23,464 nucleotides of DNA from Candidatus Latescibacterota bacterium (GTDB taxonomy: Bacteria; Latescibacterota; UBA2968; GCA-2709665). The notes below the pieces were generated by a model that saw nothing but the letters and a program-made list of their open reading frames with translations, was not told the DNA's origin and did not search any database. This document shows positions 15,594 through 23,464 of this stretch, piece after piece; the first letter of the stretch is position 1; every line of letters starts with the position of its first letter. The position numbers and the translations under genes are program-made. The stretch lies in assembly GCA_963662665.2 (NCBI GenBank), contig CAXXJS010000054.1, forward strand, positions 1 to 23,464, written 5' to 3'.

Positions 15594-15889
15594 TAGACGG
15601 ATTGGTCGATCAGTTGGAGAGAATCGTTTTCATCATCGAGCGGAAGGTCATTTATCAGCGCTCGGGAGAGAAGAAGTTCCGGTACATCGTCAAGGCCAAT
15701 TTGAGTGTGGACGAAGGCACTTCCGAATCCGCAGCCTTGAGGAAGTGGGCTGAGGAAAACATGCCGTCGACATTGGTGAATGGGCCGGAAAATGATGCTC
15801 ATAGCCTGATGGCGGCGGTGATCACTACCCCGGAACTCAGGGTCCACAAGGTCACATCGTACAGCTACCCGATGAAGTGGATCGATTGA
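15590..15889 (+). CDS. Hypothetical protein
   Basis: ATGA-coupled start, MIDGLVDQLERIVF... Confidence 0.6.
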   Translation: MIDGLVDQLERIVFIIERKVIYQRSGEKKFRYIVKANLSVDEGTSESAALRKWAEENMPSTLVNGPENDAHSLMAAVITTPELRVHKVTSYSYPMKWID

Positions 15890-16254
15890 TGGCGACGTGG
15901 ATCGAGCGGAGAGATCGGGAGTGGAGTCGCCAATTCCGGCTCCATAATCCGCCGATCCGACGACGGAAATCCAAACCGTTCCGATGGCCGAATGCGATCC
16001 CATTTCCGCCTCCGCAGGTCAACAGTCCATGGTGGCCGATCAAAGGCGTCAATTATCCGAAGTATCTGGTCTATGCGTGGGTAATCGGCAGGGAACCCCA
16101 TCATCTGTGGGTGCCTATGACAATCGCGTTCGAAGCGCTCATGCAAGATTCCACAGCACGGCATTTTTTCGGTTGGACAAATTGGGAAAACGTCCAGAAT
16201 CGAGCCTGTCAACTGATGGAATTACATGAGTCGATAGTGAAGGGAATGCCGTGA
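15889..16254 (+). CDS. Hypothetical protein
   Basis: TGATG coupling; the stop overlaps the next GTG. Confidence 0.55.
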   Translation: MATWIERRDREWSRQFRLHNPPIRRRKSKPFRWPNAIPFPPPQVNSPWWPIKGVNYPKYLVYAWVIGREPHHLWVPMTIAFEALMQDSTARHFFGWTNWENVQNRACQLMELHESIVKGMP

Positions 16255-16754
16255 TCCAAGCCAGTTCGGGCAACGCAGTCTTTTCGAAATGCGGAACCTA
16301 CCGCTACCGGCTTGATCGCAAGTGGATGTTCGGCTCCGGCCGAGTTGTTTGGGTATTGCTCAATCCATCAACTGCGGACGCCAAGAAAAATGATCCGACG
16401 ATTCGCCGGTGCATCCGGTTTTCGTTCGACTGGGGCTACCAGAAATTGACGATCCTGAATCTGTTCGCCTACCGGTCTACGGATCCGAAAGCGATCCGGC
16501 AGCAAGACGATCCGATCGGGCCGTCCAATCACCGAATCTCCCGGGAAGCGCTGATGACAGCGGACTTGGTTGTCTGCGGATGGGGCAATGACGGCTTCTA
16601 CCGGAAGCAGGACCGTCGGTTTCTGGATCTGATCCAAAAGTGCGGGAAGACCCCGATGATCCTCCAGTGGAATGCCAGTTGCAAAGCCCCTCGGCACCCG
16701 CTCTACATCCCTGCCGCCGCGAATCCGATCCTCTACCCTGTCGAGATTCTATGA
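16251..16754 (+). CDS. DUF1643 family protein
   Basis: YRYRLDRKW, LNPSTAD...DPTIRRC, NLFAYRSTDP, GWG and PRHPLY motifs. Confidence 0.88.
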   Translation: MIQASSGNAVFSKCGTYRYRLDRKWMFGSGRVVWVLLNPSTADAKKNDPTIRRCIRFSFDWGYQKLTILNLFAYRSTDPKAIRQQDDPIGPSNHRISREALMTADLVVCGWGNDGFYRKQDRRFLDLIQKCGKTPMILQWNASCKAPRHPLYIPAAANPILYPVEIL

Positions 16755-18226
16755 AAAGCCGCATCCTGATCGGCGCGGCCCATGAGCGCTTGAAAGAGCT
16801 TCCAAGCGAGTCTGTGAATTGCGTCGTCACTTCCCCTCCTTACTGGGGGCTTCGAGCGTACCGGGGCGGCCATGGGATGATCGGCCTTGAGCAGAACTTC
16901 GATGATCATCTGGTCAACCTTCTGGCCGTCTTCAAAGAGGTCTGGCGGGTGCTCCGGCCCGATGGAACCCTGTGGCTCAACTACGGCGATGCGTATGCCG
17001 GCAGCGGAAAGGGGGCCGGCGGGCAAGGAACCACGTCCACGATGCAACTCTCCAACACCGGAAGTTACCACAAGACCTACCGAATGAATCTGTGCGGGTT
17101 CAAGCCGAAGGATTTGATGCTGTTGCCGGCGAGAGTCGCCATGGCGCTCCAATCCGAAGGATGGTGGCTCCGTTCCGAGATCGTCTGGCACAAGCCGAAT
17201 CCAATGCCGGAGTCGGCCACCGACCGGCCAACGTCGTCACATGAGAAAATCTTCCTGTTTTCCAAGTCTGGAAAAACTCTGTATTGGACGCATCCGGTCC
17301 ATGCTGGCACGAGGGACAAACCGCCCGCCGACCACATCTTCATCAACAAGTTCACGGGCAATGTGACTCGGATCCAGCCGGAAAACTGGAAAGCCAACAA
17401 CGAGTGGAAGCGCAAGAATCTGTGGCGCGGACACACCTATTTCTACGACGGTTTGGCGGTCCGGACCCCGCTTGCCGACGAAACCAAGCGGCAGTCTTTC
17501 GACACGATGGATTTCAAGCGTCGGGACACCTACAAGATGCCCGACGGCTGGGAAACCGGACCCGGATCCCATGGAAAGGTCCATTCGAAGGGGCGGTCAA
17601 AGGGAGTTCGTGGACGGAGCACCTACGGGCGGCATACGCTCGGGGATGAGCTTCCTCCCCACGAACGACGAACTGACAAGCAGCGCGGCCATTCTAGGCG
17701 GCACGAAGGATTCAATGATCGCTGGGACTCCATGAGCAAAGAGGAGCAGCAAGCCGGCGGCGCTAATCTACGCAATGTCTGGCGAGTCGCAACCCATCCG
17801 TACAAGGGCGCTCACTTCGCCACATTTCCGTCGACCCTGATCACGCCGTGCATCCTCGCTGGATCGAGTGAAAGGGGTGTTTGCGCGGAATGCGGAGCGC
17901 CTTGGGATCGGGAGATCATACGGGAATTCCTGCAGACCGGACCCAACCGATTCAATCTCGATCCATCGAGCGAATGGGATGGGTTCCCGCGTGGCACCAC
18001 GGCGCAAACGGCCGGGGGCTGGAATCCCACCTGCGGATGCAAGGCGGAATTCGTGCCGTCTACGGTGCTTGATCCGTTCGCGGGATCAGGGACCGTCGGG
18101 CTGGTTTCTCAGCGTCTCGGACGGGATTCCGTATTGATCGAGTTGAGCCGCGAATATGCGGAGATGTCCGCTGCTCGGATCACGGCCGATATGCCGCTTT
18201 TCGCCGAAGTGGAGGTAATCGAATGA
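16751..18226 (+). CDS. DNA N4-cytosine/N6-adenine methyltransferase (beta class) with large insertions
   Basis: TSPPY (motif IV) precedes DPFAGSGT (motif I); WHKPNPMPES, HFATFP; ATG 16751 coupled to the upstream stop. Confidence 0.9.
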   Translation: MKSRILIGAAHERLKELPSESVNCVVTSPPYWGLRAYRGGHGMIGLEQNFDDHLVNLLAVFKEVWRVLRPDGTLWLNYGDAYAGSGKGAGGQGTTSTMQLSNTGSYHKTYRMNLCGFKPKDLMLLPARVAMALQSEGWWLRSEIVWHKPNPMPESATDRPTSSHEKIFLFSKSGKTLYWTHPVHAGTRDKPPADHIFINKFTGNVTRIQPENWKANNEWKRKNLWRGHTYFYDGLAVRTPLADETKRQSFDTMDFKRRDTYKMPDGWETGPGSHGKVHSKGRSKGVRGRSTYGRHTLGDELPPHERRTDKQRGHSRRHEGFNDRWDSMSKEEQQAGGANLRNVWRVATHPYKGAHFATFPSTLITPCILAGSSERGVCAECGAPWDREIIREFLQTGPNRFNLDPSSEWDGFPRGTTAQTAGGWNPTCGCKAEFVPSTVLDPFAGSGTVGLVSQRLGRDSVLIELSREYAEMSAARITADMPLFAEVEVIE

Positions 18227-19488
18227 TCGCCTACTACAATGACAACGACCGGTATATCTGCGATTGGCTCCAAAACCTGATGGACGCCGGCGAGATCATG
18301 CCCGGAAAGATCGATGATCGGAGTGTCGATGATGTCGACCCAGAAAGCCTTTTTCGATTTACCAGATGCCATTTCTTCGCCGGAATCGCCGGCTGGGACC
18401 TCGCGCTCCGCTTCTCTGGATGGCCCATCGAAAGACCGGTCTGGACCGGATCATGTCCCTGTCAGCCGCTTTCGAGCGCGGGCAAGAGAAAAGGTGCTGC
18501 CGACGAAAGACACCTCTGGCCCGCTTTTCATCGGCTCATCGAAATCTGCCGACCTCCAACGATCTTTGGCGAACAGGTTGCGTCGAATATTGGACGTGAA
18601 TGGCTCTCCGCTGTTCGACTTGATCTTGAGCAGTTGGGATATGCCGTCGGGGGTGCCGATCTTCCGGCTGCGAGCGTCGGGAATGCCAAAATCCTTACTG
18701 CGAGCGGCAAGGAGTCCATTATTTCGGATGCGATCGGAGGCGCTCCGCACATCCGGCAAAGACTGTGGTGGGTGGCGCACTCCGACCACTACGGACGGAG
18801 ATCGAGGAGCGGCCAAGAAAACTCACGATCGATCCCGGATCGGACTCACAACGATGGCAAGTTGGGCGACTCCGAGATCGGTGGAATCCGGCCATGCGAC
18901 GGGAAGTCCCGACAGAGCGCAGAAGCACCTGAGTCGGCTGGAAGATCAAGTGTTTCTGGCGGAAGCCCACTGGCCTACTCCGATGGCCGGGACTCCGAAG
19001 ACGAAAGAATACAACGAAGCGGGCAACACGGATTCGAGCCGGAAAACGGTCGAACTGGCGTCATGGCCGACCCCGAAATCCCGGAGGCCAGGACAGCCAT
19101 CGACTTACGCGAGAGGCAACCCGAATCTTGCGATGGCCGCGAGCTGGGCGACTCCCACCGGTCGCGACCACAAAGACAGATCGAGTACGTTGGAAAACAC
19201 GCCGATCAACTCGCTCCTTGGGCGTCAAGTCTCCTTATCCATTGCTCCGACGGAAAACTCCGTCCGGTTCCAGTTGAACCCCGCTTTTTCCCGTTGGCTC
19301 CAAGGGTATCCGCAGATTTGGGATCTGACCGCCCCGGTGAAGCAAGCCCGTTCCGCGTCATAACCGATCCCGAAACCGGACGATCCATCGGCCAGAAGCC
19401 GTGGCGGATCGGGATGCTCCGAGCCTATGGGAACTCCATCGTGCCTCAGACCGGTGCCCTGTTCATCCTGTCATTTCTCGATTTGTAG
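18223..19488 (+). CDS. DNA cytosine-C5 methyltransferase (alpha-type polypeptide)
   Basis: FFAGIAG (I), GSCPCQ (IV), EQV (VI), HIRQR (VIII), LRAYGNSIV (X). Confidence 0.88.
   Translation: MIAYYNDNDRYICDWLQNLMDAGEIMPGKIDDRSVDDVDPESLFRFTRCHFFAGIAGWDLALRFSGWPIERPVWTGSCPCQPLSSAGKRKGAADERHLWPAFHRLIEICRPPTIFGEQVASNIGREWLSAVRLDLEQLGYAVGGADLPAASVGNAKILTASGKESIISDAIGGAPHIRQRLWWVAHSDHYGRRSRSGQENSRSIPDRTHNDGKLGDSEIGGIRPCDGKSRQSAEAPESAGRSSVSGGSPLAYSDGRDSEDERIQRSGQHGFEPENGRTGVMADPEIPEARTAIDLRERQPESCDGRELGDSHRSRPQRQIEYVGKHADQLAPWASSLLIHCSDGKLRPVPVEPRFFPLAPRVSADLGSDRPGEASPFRVITDPETGRSIGQKPWRIGMLRAYGNSIVPQTGALFILSFLDL
18314..19363 (+). CDS. Nested alternative-frame ORF, candidate beta polypeptide of the C5 MTase (start uncertain)
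   Basis: Open for 349 codons inside the MTase gene; five W(A/P/R)TP repeats; ends QLNPAFSRWLQGYP (motif IX-like). Confidence 0.55.
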   Translation: MIGVSMMSTQKAFFDLPDAISSPESPAGTSRSASLDGPSKDRSGPDHVPVSRFRARAREKVLPTKDTSGPLFIGSSKSADLQRSLANRLRRILDVNGSPLFDLILSSWDMPSGVPIFRLRASGMPKSLLRAARSPLFRMRSEALRTSGKDCGGWRTPTTTDGDRGAAKKTHDRSRIGLTTMASWATPRSVESGHATGSPDRAQKHLSRLEDQVFLAEAHWPTPMAGTPKTKEYNEAGNTDSSRKTVELASWPTPKSRRPGQPSTYARGNPNLAMAASWATPTGRDHKDRSSTLENTPINSLLGRQVSLSIAPTENSVRFQLNPAFSRWLQGYPQIWDLTAPVKQARSAS

Positions 19489-19496
19489 ATTTCTTG

Positions 19497-19526
19497 TTGA
19501 CATCCCATTTCCACCCTTGCTATCGT
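19497..19526 (+). promoter_or_regulatory. Sigma70 promoter (extended -10)
   Basis: TTGACA (19497-19502), 18-bp spacer, TGC-TATCGT, in an intergenic gap. Confidence 0.5.
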
Positions 19527-19651
19527 CGCTTTTGAGCGATGGAGAAAGTTCTGCTTGGGTGGACAAACCATTCTTGTTGCGGGTGTTCAATTCCCGTGCC
19601 ATCGCTCTCAATCACCATCCGTAGACCGGTCTTCCACGCAGGAGAATTTGA

Positions 19652-19945
19652 ATGAGCGGACACCCTGACACCAAGTCATTTCTCATTTGGTGCCCAGAGA
19701 AAGGCGAGACGGAGGGTGACGCCATGGTTCTTTTCTCTTCCGATCCAGAAATGGTGGTCGAGGAATGGGCCGAATACACGGACACGGAAGGGGCTGAATA
19801 CACCATTGTCGCTGGGAAAGAATCTCCCGTCGTCATGGTGCGGGAACGGGATCGGGGTAAAGGCGTCTGGAAGCAAGCGACAATCTGGAAGGTTTCGGGA
19901 CGATCCATTCCTGAGTATACGGCACAGGAAGTGAAAGGGGACTGA
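19652..19945 (+). CDS. Hypothetical protein
   Basis: AGGAG RBS, 97 aa, coupled to the next gene. Confidence 0.7.
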   Translation: MSGHPDTKSFLIWCPEKGETEGDAMVLFSSDPEMVVEEWAEYTDTEGAEYTIVAGKESPVVMVRERDRGKGVWKQATIWKVSGRSIPEYTAQEVKGD

Positions 19946-20226
19946 TGAAGCGCATCTACAAATACCCGCTCGAAGCAATGCCGGTTCAGACCGTTGAAAT
20001 CCCGGAAGGTGCCAGACCCTTGAGAATCGCGTATCAGCGCGGCCAAGCGTGTCTCTGGGCCTTGGTCGACCCCGACAGGGACATGATCCAAGTTCAGGTG
20101 CTTTGTCTCGGCACCGGATGGGATGTCGATTACCCGGAAGAAAATCTCACCTATCTCGACACGATCTTTGACCAGATCGGATATGTCTGGCACTGGTTTC
20201 TGATCAAGACAGATTCTGATGTTTGA
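19945..20226 (+). CDS. Conserved small phage protein
   Basis: MKRIYKYPL...LWALVDP...GTG...VWH, a pattern common in phages. Confidence 0.75.
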   Translation: MKRIYKYPLEAMPVQTVEIPEGARPLRIAYQRGQACLWALVDPDRDMIQVQVLCLGTGWDVDYPEENLTYLDTIFDQIGYVWHWFLIKTDSDV

Positions 20227-20542
20227 CCAGAAAAAACTGTGCTCGAACTGCCCGTTTCGGAAGGGTCAGGGTGAGAACTTCAAACTCGGCAGAGCACGGA
20301 TCGAGGAGATTGCCAGATCCACTGCGTTCCAATGCCACAAGACCCTGATTCAGATGTTCGTCGCCAAGAAATCCCCTGCGCCTCAGCAATGCGCCGGCCT
20401 GATGTCGGTGCTGTTCGCTGAGCGGCGGCCGAATCAGATCATGCGCGTCGCCGTCGCTTTCGGAGAACTGGACCCGAACGATTTTCCAGTCGATGGCGCG
20501 TACTCGACTCTCGAAGAGGCTATCGCGGACCATTGCGAGTAA
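20219..20542 (+). CDS. Cys-rich hypothetical protein
   Basis: CSNCPF...FQCHK...CAG putative metal-binding motif. Confidence 0.7.
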   Translation: MFDQKKLCSNCPFRKGQGENFKLGRARIEEIARSTAFQCHKTLIQMFVAKKSPAPQQCAGLMSVLFAERRPNQIMRVAVAFGELDPNDFPVDGAYSTLEEAIADHCE

Positions 20543-20546
20543 GACC

Positions 20547-20816
20547 ATGAAGCTCAAGGGAATCAGATCGACTTTCAGCTTTGATGAATTCGACGATATG
20601 GCCGTGGTGACGTTCCACGCTATCCCGGACGATTACCCGTACAAGCATTACCGAAGAAAAGACCGGGCGGTCATGGTCATCTCCGTCATGGATTCGTTCC
20701 ATTCCGAACCGGAGGAATCCAAGATTCTTTCCCGTATGATTGTCGCCACCGACATCACCGTCTCGACGGTCGCCTTCCATGCGAAAAAGGTGTTGGAGCA
20801 CTACCGGGATCAATGA
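20547..20816 (+). CDS. Hypothetical protein
   Basis: ATG 20547 just after the upstream stop; coupled to the HNH gene. Confidence 0.6.
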   Translation: MKLKGIRSTFSFDEFDDMAVVTFHAIPDDYPYKHYRRKDRAVMVISVMDSFHSEPEESKILSRMIVATDITVSTVAFHAKKVLEHYRDQ

Positions 20817-21760
20817 GCATCCGTTCGGTCGATCATTTCCGATCCTTGCGTGGTGTGGTGATCCAGTGCCTTCCCTACGTCCGAAAAAATTGGTCTAGGT
20901 TGCAGTCTTGGTCCGAGCGGAATTGCGCTCCGACCACCGATTACCTCCAGAAGCCGCCGGGGAAGCGCCGGTGCAAGTGGTGTCACCAACGGCTGGAATC
21001 CAAGCGCGGACAGTGGCACCCACTGTGCGCGAACCTGTACTACGCCTGTCGAGGCAAAGCGATCAATTTCTACCGGCGGCCGGTGATTCCCGGGGGCAAA
21101 TGCGCCAGTTGTGGAGCGCCTGGAATTCCGAGCCGGAAAAAATGGCTACGGGCCGAGGAATGCGACAAAGAATGGGACCGCTACCGATCAATCCGAGATT
21201 CCCATCATGATCGACTGGATACGCTCCACAAGTTGGGTTTCATAGATTTCTATCGGATGCCATATGGAATGCTGATCCGGTGGGTCACATCTCAAATCAA
21301 GGAACCCGATTGTGATCGGTACTTGTCCCGTAAGCGAAACGCTGGATGGAAGCGAAGCGATATCTGCCGCCACGAACTTGACCACCGGATGCCGATCGCG
21401 GTCGCCCGACACAAGGATCCGGAATATTTCGTTCGCGCGTTTTTGCCTTCCAATCTGAACTGGTTGTGCAGGGATTGCCATAGACAAAAGACTGCAAAAG
21501 ATGTTAAAATTATCTCAGCACTGAAAAGGATCAAGAAGTCAGGTCAACTGGGGTTGTACAGTGATGCGCTGCCAACATTGCGGGAAGGAATTTCAATCCA
21601 GAAAAGGTACGAAATATTGCAGCAGGAGTTGCTTGGCAATGGCGGATTCAGAGCGGAGAAAGACTCGAACCAGAAACCGGAGAAAGGGGCGAATCTGCGA
21701 AGAATGCGGCGGACCCATTCCGGTGACGAAGGGCGGGAATTCCCGAGTCTGTTCGAATGA
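20813..21760 (+). CDS. HNH endonuclease domain protein
   Basis: CKWC, CASC, ELDHRMPI...NLNWLCRDCHRQKT; the C-terminal extent is uncertain (200-bp overlap). Confidence 0.78.
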   Translation: MSIRSVDHFRSLRGVVIQCLPYVRKNWSRLQSWSERNCAPTTDYLQKPPGKRRCKWCHQRLESKRGQWHPLCANLYYACRGKAINFYRRPVIPGGKCASCGAPGIPSRKKWLRAEECDKEWDRYRSIRDSHHDRLDTLHKLGFIDFYRMPYGMLIRWVTSQIKEPDCDRYLSRKRNAGWKRSDICRHELDHRMPIAVARHKDPEYFVRAFLPSNLNWLCRDCHRQKTAKDVKIISALKRIKKSGQLGLYSDALPTLREGISIQKRYEILQQELLGNGGFRAEKDSNQKPEKGANLRRMRRTHSGDEGREFPSLFE

Positions 21761-22352
21761 GTGTCGGCGGCACAGAACCTCGGCTCTGAGAAAGGCGGGG
21801 TATGGTCCCTGCTCGATATCGGGATGTCCCAACGCATCACACTTCAAGTCCGGACCCTACGCTGGAATGTGTTCGACCCACGCGAACCGAAAACGCACAG
21901 GCTCACCCCCGATGGATGCTCCCATTACTCACCACAAGTCCACCAAGGGAAGATGCGAGTTTTCCGATTGCGACCGCAAGATCAAGGCGGATCGCCTGTG
22001 TGCTTCCCACTATGAGCAGAAACGGCAGGGCCTGGAATTGACTCCGATCAAGGTTCATCCCTCGTTTTCGGGAGGATGGAAGCCACTGGGAACCAAGACT
22101 CGGACACCGCACGGATACGTTCGGATCAAGACTGATCATGGATGGATTCGAGAGCACACGGCGGTGATGGAGAAGCACTTGGGCCGAAAACTCTACCAGG
22201 GTGAGTCTGTGCATCACCGAAACGGAATCCGGGATGATAATCGGATTGAAAATCTGGAGCTGATGGTGAGCTATCACCCGAAGGGTCAGCGTGTCCCTGA
22301 TTTGGTCGAATGGGCGCGGGAAATTCTGGAGCGCTATGGGGAATTCACATGA
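21561..22352 (+). CDS. HNH (homing-type) endonuclease with N-terminal zinc-finger repeats
   Basis: CQHC...YCSRSC, CEEC...CSNEC, two CxxxxC...CxxH units; GYVRI...EHTAVME...VHHRNGIRDDNRIENLEL. Confidence 0.88.
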   Translation: MMRCQHCGKEFQSRKGTKYCSRSCLAMADSERRKTRTRNRRKGRICEECGGPIPVTKGGNSRVCSNECRRHRTSALRKAGYGPCSISGCPNASHFKSGPYAGMCSTHANRKRTGSPPMDAPITHHKSTKGRCEFSDCDRKIKADRLCASHYEQKRQGLELTPIKVHPSFSGGWKPLGTKTRTPHGYVRIKTDHGWIREHTAVMEKHLGRKLYQGESVHHRNGIRDDNRIENLELMVSYHPKGQRVPDLVEWAREILERYGEFT

Positions 22353-22685
22353 AAATTCATTCTCCGACCAAGGCTGAGTTGAAAGAACAAAGACGGCTGG
22401 AAATTAAAAACAAACATCTCACGGATCAGTTGTATTTGACAACCTTGCTGTCCGTTCCGAAAGTGGACCATGGACGATTTGCCGCCGGATCAGACCGCTG
22501 CATTTCTGAAAATAGAGCCGATGGTCCGATTGGCGTTCATCGGGGGCGCGGCCAAGGCGCTGACCACGTATTTCAAGGATATGGGAGATATGACTCTCGA
22601 TGAACTGTCATTGAAGTATTTCCAAGTCCTCAAGGAGTTGGAGGCGAACGGAGCCGACGCCAATCCATCCGAAAGGGTTCACTGA
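22349..22685 (+). CDS. Hypothetical protein, possibly frameshifted near 22460
   Basis: Coupled ATG 22349 (MKIHSPTKAELK...) switches frame to MDDLPPDQ... (22470-22685). Confidence 0.45.
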
Positions 22686-22687
22686 CC

Positions 22688-22915
22688 ATGCGCAAACAGC
22701 CCCTATTCGTCATTCTCTACGACCAGCGGAAGCTGATCGCTGCCCAGATCGAAGTGAAGAAAGTGCTCGGATACCGGGTGAAAGCCTTCGGAATGTCGGT
22801 TCCGGCGAGGCAGAGTGTCGGATACGGTCGCCCGGTGAAAAACAATCCGCCGGGGTTTTGGTGCCTGATGGAACTGACATGGTGGGAACGGTTCAAGAGT
22901 GCGCTGTTGGATTGA
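22688..22915 (+). CDS. Hypothetical protein
   Basis: 75 aa, tight operon packing. Confidence 0.6.
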   Translation: MRKQPLFVILYDQRKLIAAQIEVKKVLGYRVKAFGMSVPARQSVGYGRPVKNNPPGFWCLMELTWWERFKSALLD

Positions 22916-22918
22916 ATC

Positions 22919-23173
22919 ATGAAGCTGATTGTCGCGGTTTTCGCATTGATGCTGCTCCATATTTCGGACGCCTTCCATTGGCTGGATCGGAGATTATGGT
23001 TGAAGTCCAGGATTCTGGAACGCCGGATGGCGTGGTTCTACCGCTGTTCGGAGTACATTGCGTGGCGCTGGACAGGGTTCAACGACCGCCCGAAAGAGCT
23101 CATTTGGGACAAATCGTCGGGCATGTCTGAAAACGTCAATTGGAAGCCGTTCAGATGGCGTCGATGGCCATGA
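22919..23173 (+). CDS. Hypothetical protein with a hydrophobic N-terminus
   Basis: 84 aa, tight packing, stop overlaps the next ATG. Confidence 0.55.
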   Translation: MKLIVAVFALMLLHISDAFHWLDRRLWLKSRILERRMAWFYRCSEYIAWRWTGFNDRPKELIWDKSSGMSENVNWKPFRWRRWP

Positions 23174-23464
23174 GGCGAGCCGACCGGCTCCGGCGGAACA
23201 AGCTGATTCTCGGGCTTCACCTGTGCGGTCTGACCGATGCGAAGATCGGAAGTCTTGCAGGACTGTCCCGGACCGCCGTCCTCCAGATCGTAGCGAATGG
23301 CCGGAAGCAACTCGGACTCCCGAGCCGTGCGGAAGAATTCGCCCGGGCCAGACAGCAACGGGAAGCCAAGAAACTGGCGAAGATCAAGCGGAACCGGAAG
23401 ATCATCGCCTGCAGGCGGATGGGGTTTTCCTACTGGATCATCGCGAAATCATGCGGGCTTCATC
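23170..23464 (+). CDS. Tandem HTH DNA-binding protein (partial, runs off window end)
   Basis: My translation: MRRADRLRRNKLILGLHLCGLTDAKIGSLAGLSRTAVLQIV...KRNRKIIACRRMGFSYWIIAKSCGLH, with two RNxxI...G...I...G HTH units. Confidence 0.7.
   Translation, partial: MRRADRLRRNKLILGLHLCGLTDAKIGSLAGLSRTAVLQIVANGRKQLGLPSRAEEFARARQQREAKKLAKIKRNRKIIACRRMGFSYWIIAKSCGLH

Noticed and set aside
1-23464. Integrase, att sites, rtcB or cas genes
   Set aside because: None was recognised in the window, so prophage versus free phage and host identity cannot be determined.

Overview
Tailed-phage or prophage segment. The minus strand from about 15.0 kb down to 0 carries a packaging and head module: frameshifted peptidase-like gene, putative modification methylase, ParB-like protein, small and large terminase, portal, head-completion proteins, SPP1 gp7/Mu F protein, HTH, XkdF-like protease, scaffold, cement protein, major capsid and further virion genes. 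The plus strand from 15.1 to 23.5 kb carries early/accessory genes: DUF1643, an N4/N6 methyltransferase, a C5 methyltransferase with an overlapping alternative-frame ORF, two HNH nucleases and small hypothetical proteins. The main feature is an oppositely oriented cassette (about 3995-6594) inserted in the head operon. It runs from a sigma70 promoter through a small membrane protein and about 800 nt of non-coding sequence to a Ro60/TROVE (Rsr) gene and a terminator. The non-coding stretch holds six tandem structured RNA units with the invariant scaffold TAGCGTAG-N8-TACTTC ... CG-N6/7-CT, covarying stems and different internal cargo. One cargo is a complete circularly permuted tRNA-Gln(UUG)-like fold and another is an isolated Thr(UGU)-like anticodon hairpin. 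A solitary type I-E CRISPR-like repeat and a tRNA-like element lie between units 3 and 4. I interpret the cassette as a phage Ro60 plus multi-Y-RNA mimic/decoy system; its function is inference. All family calls come from motif recognition by eye, with no database searches.
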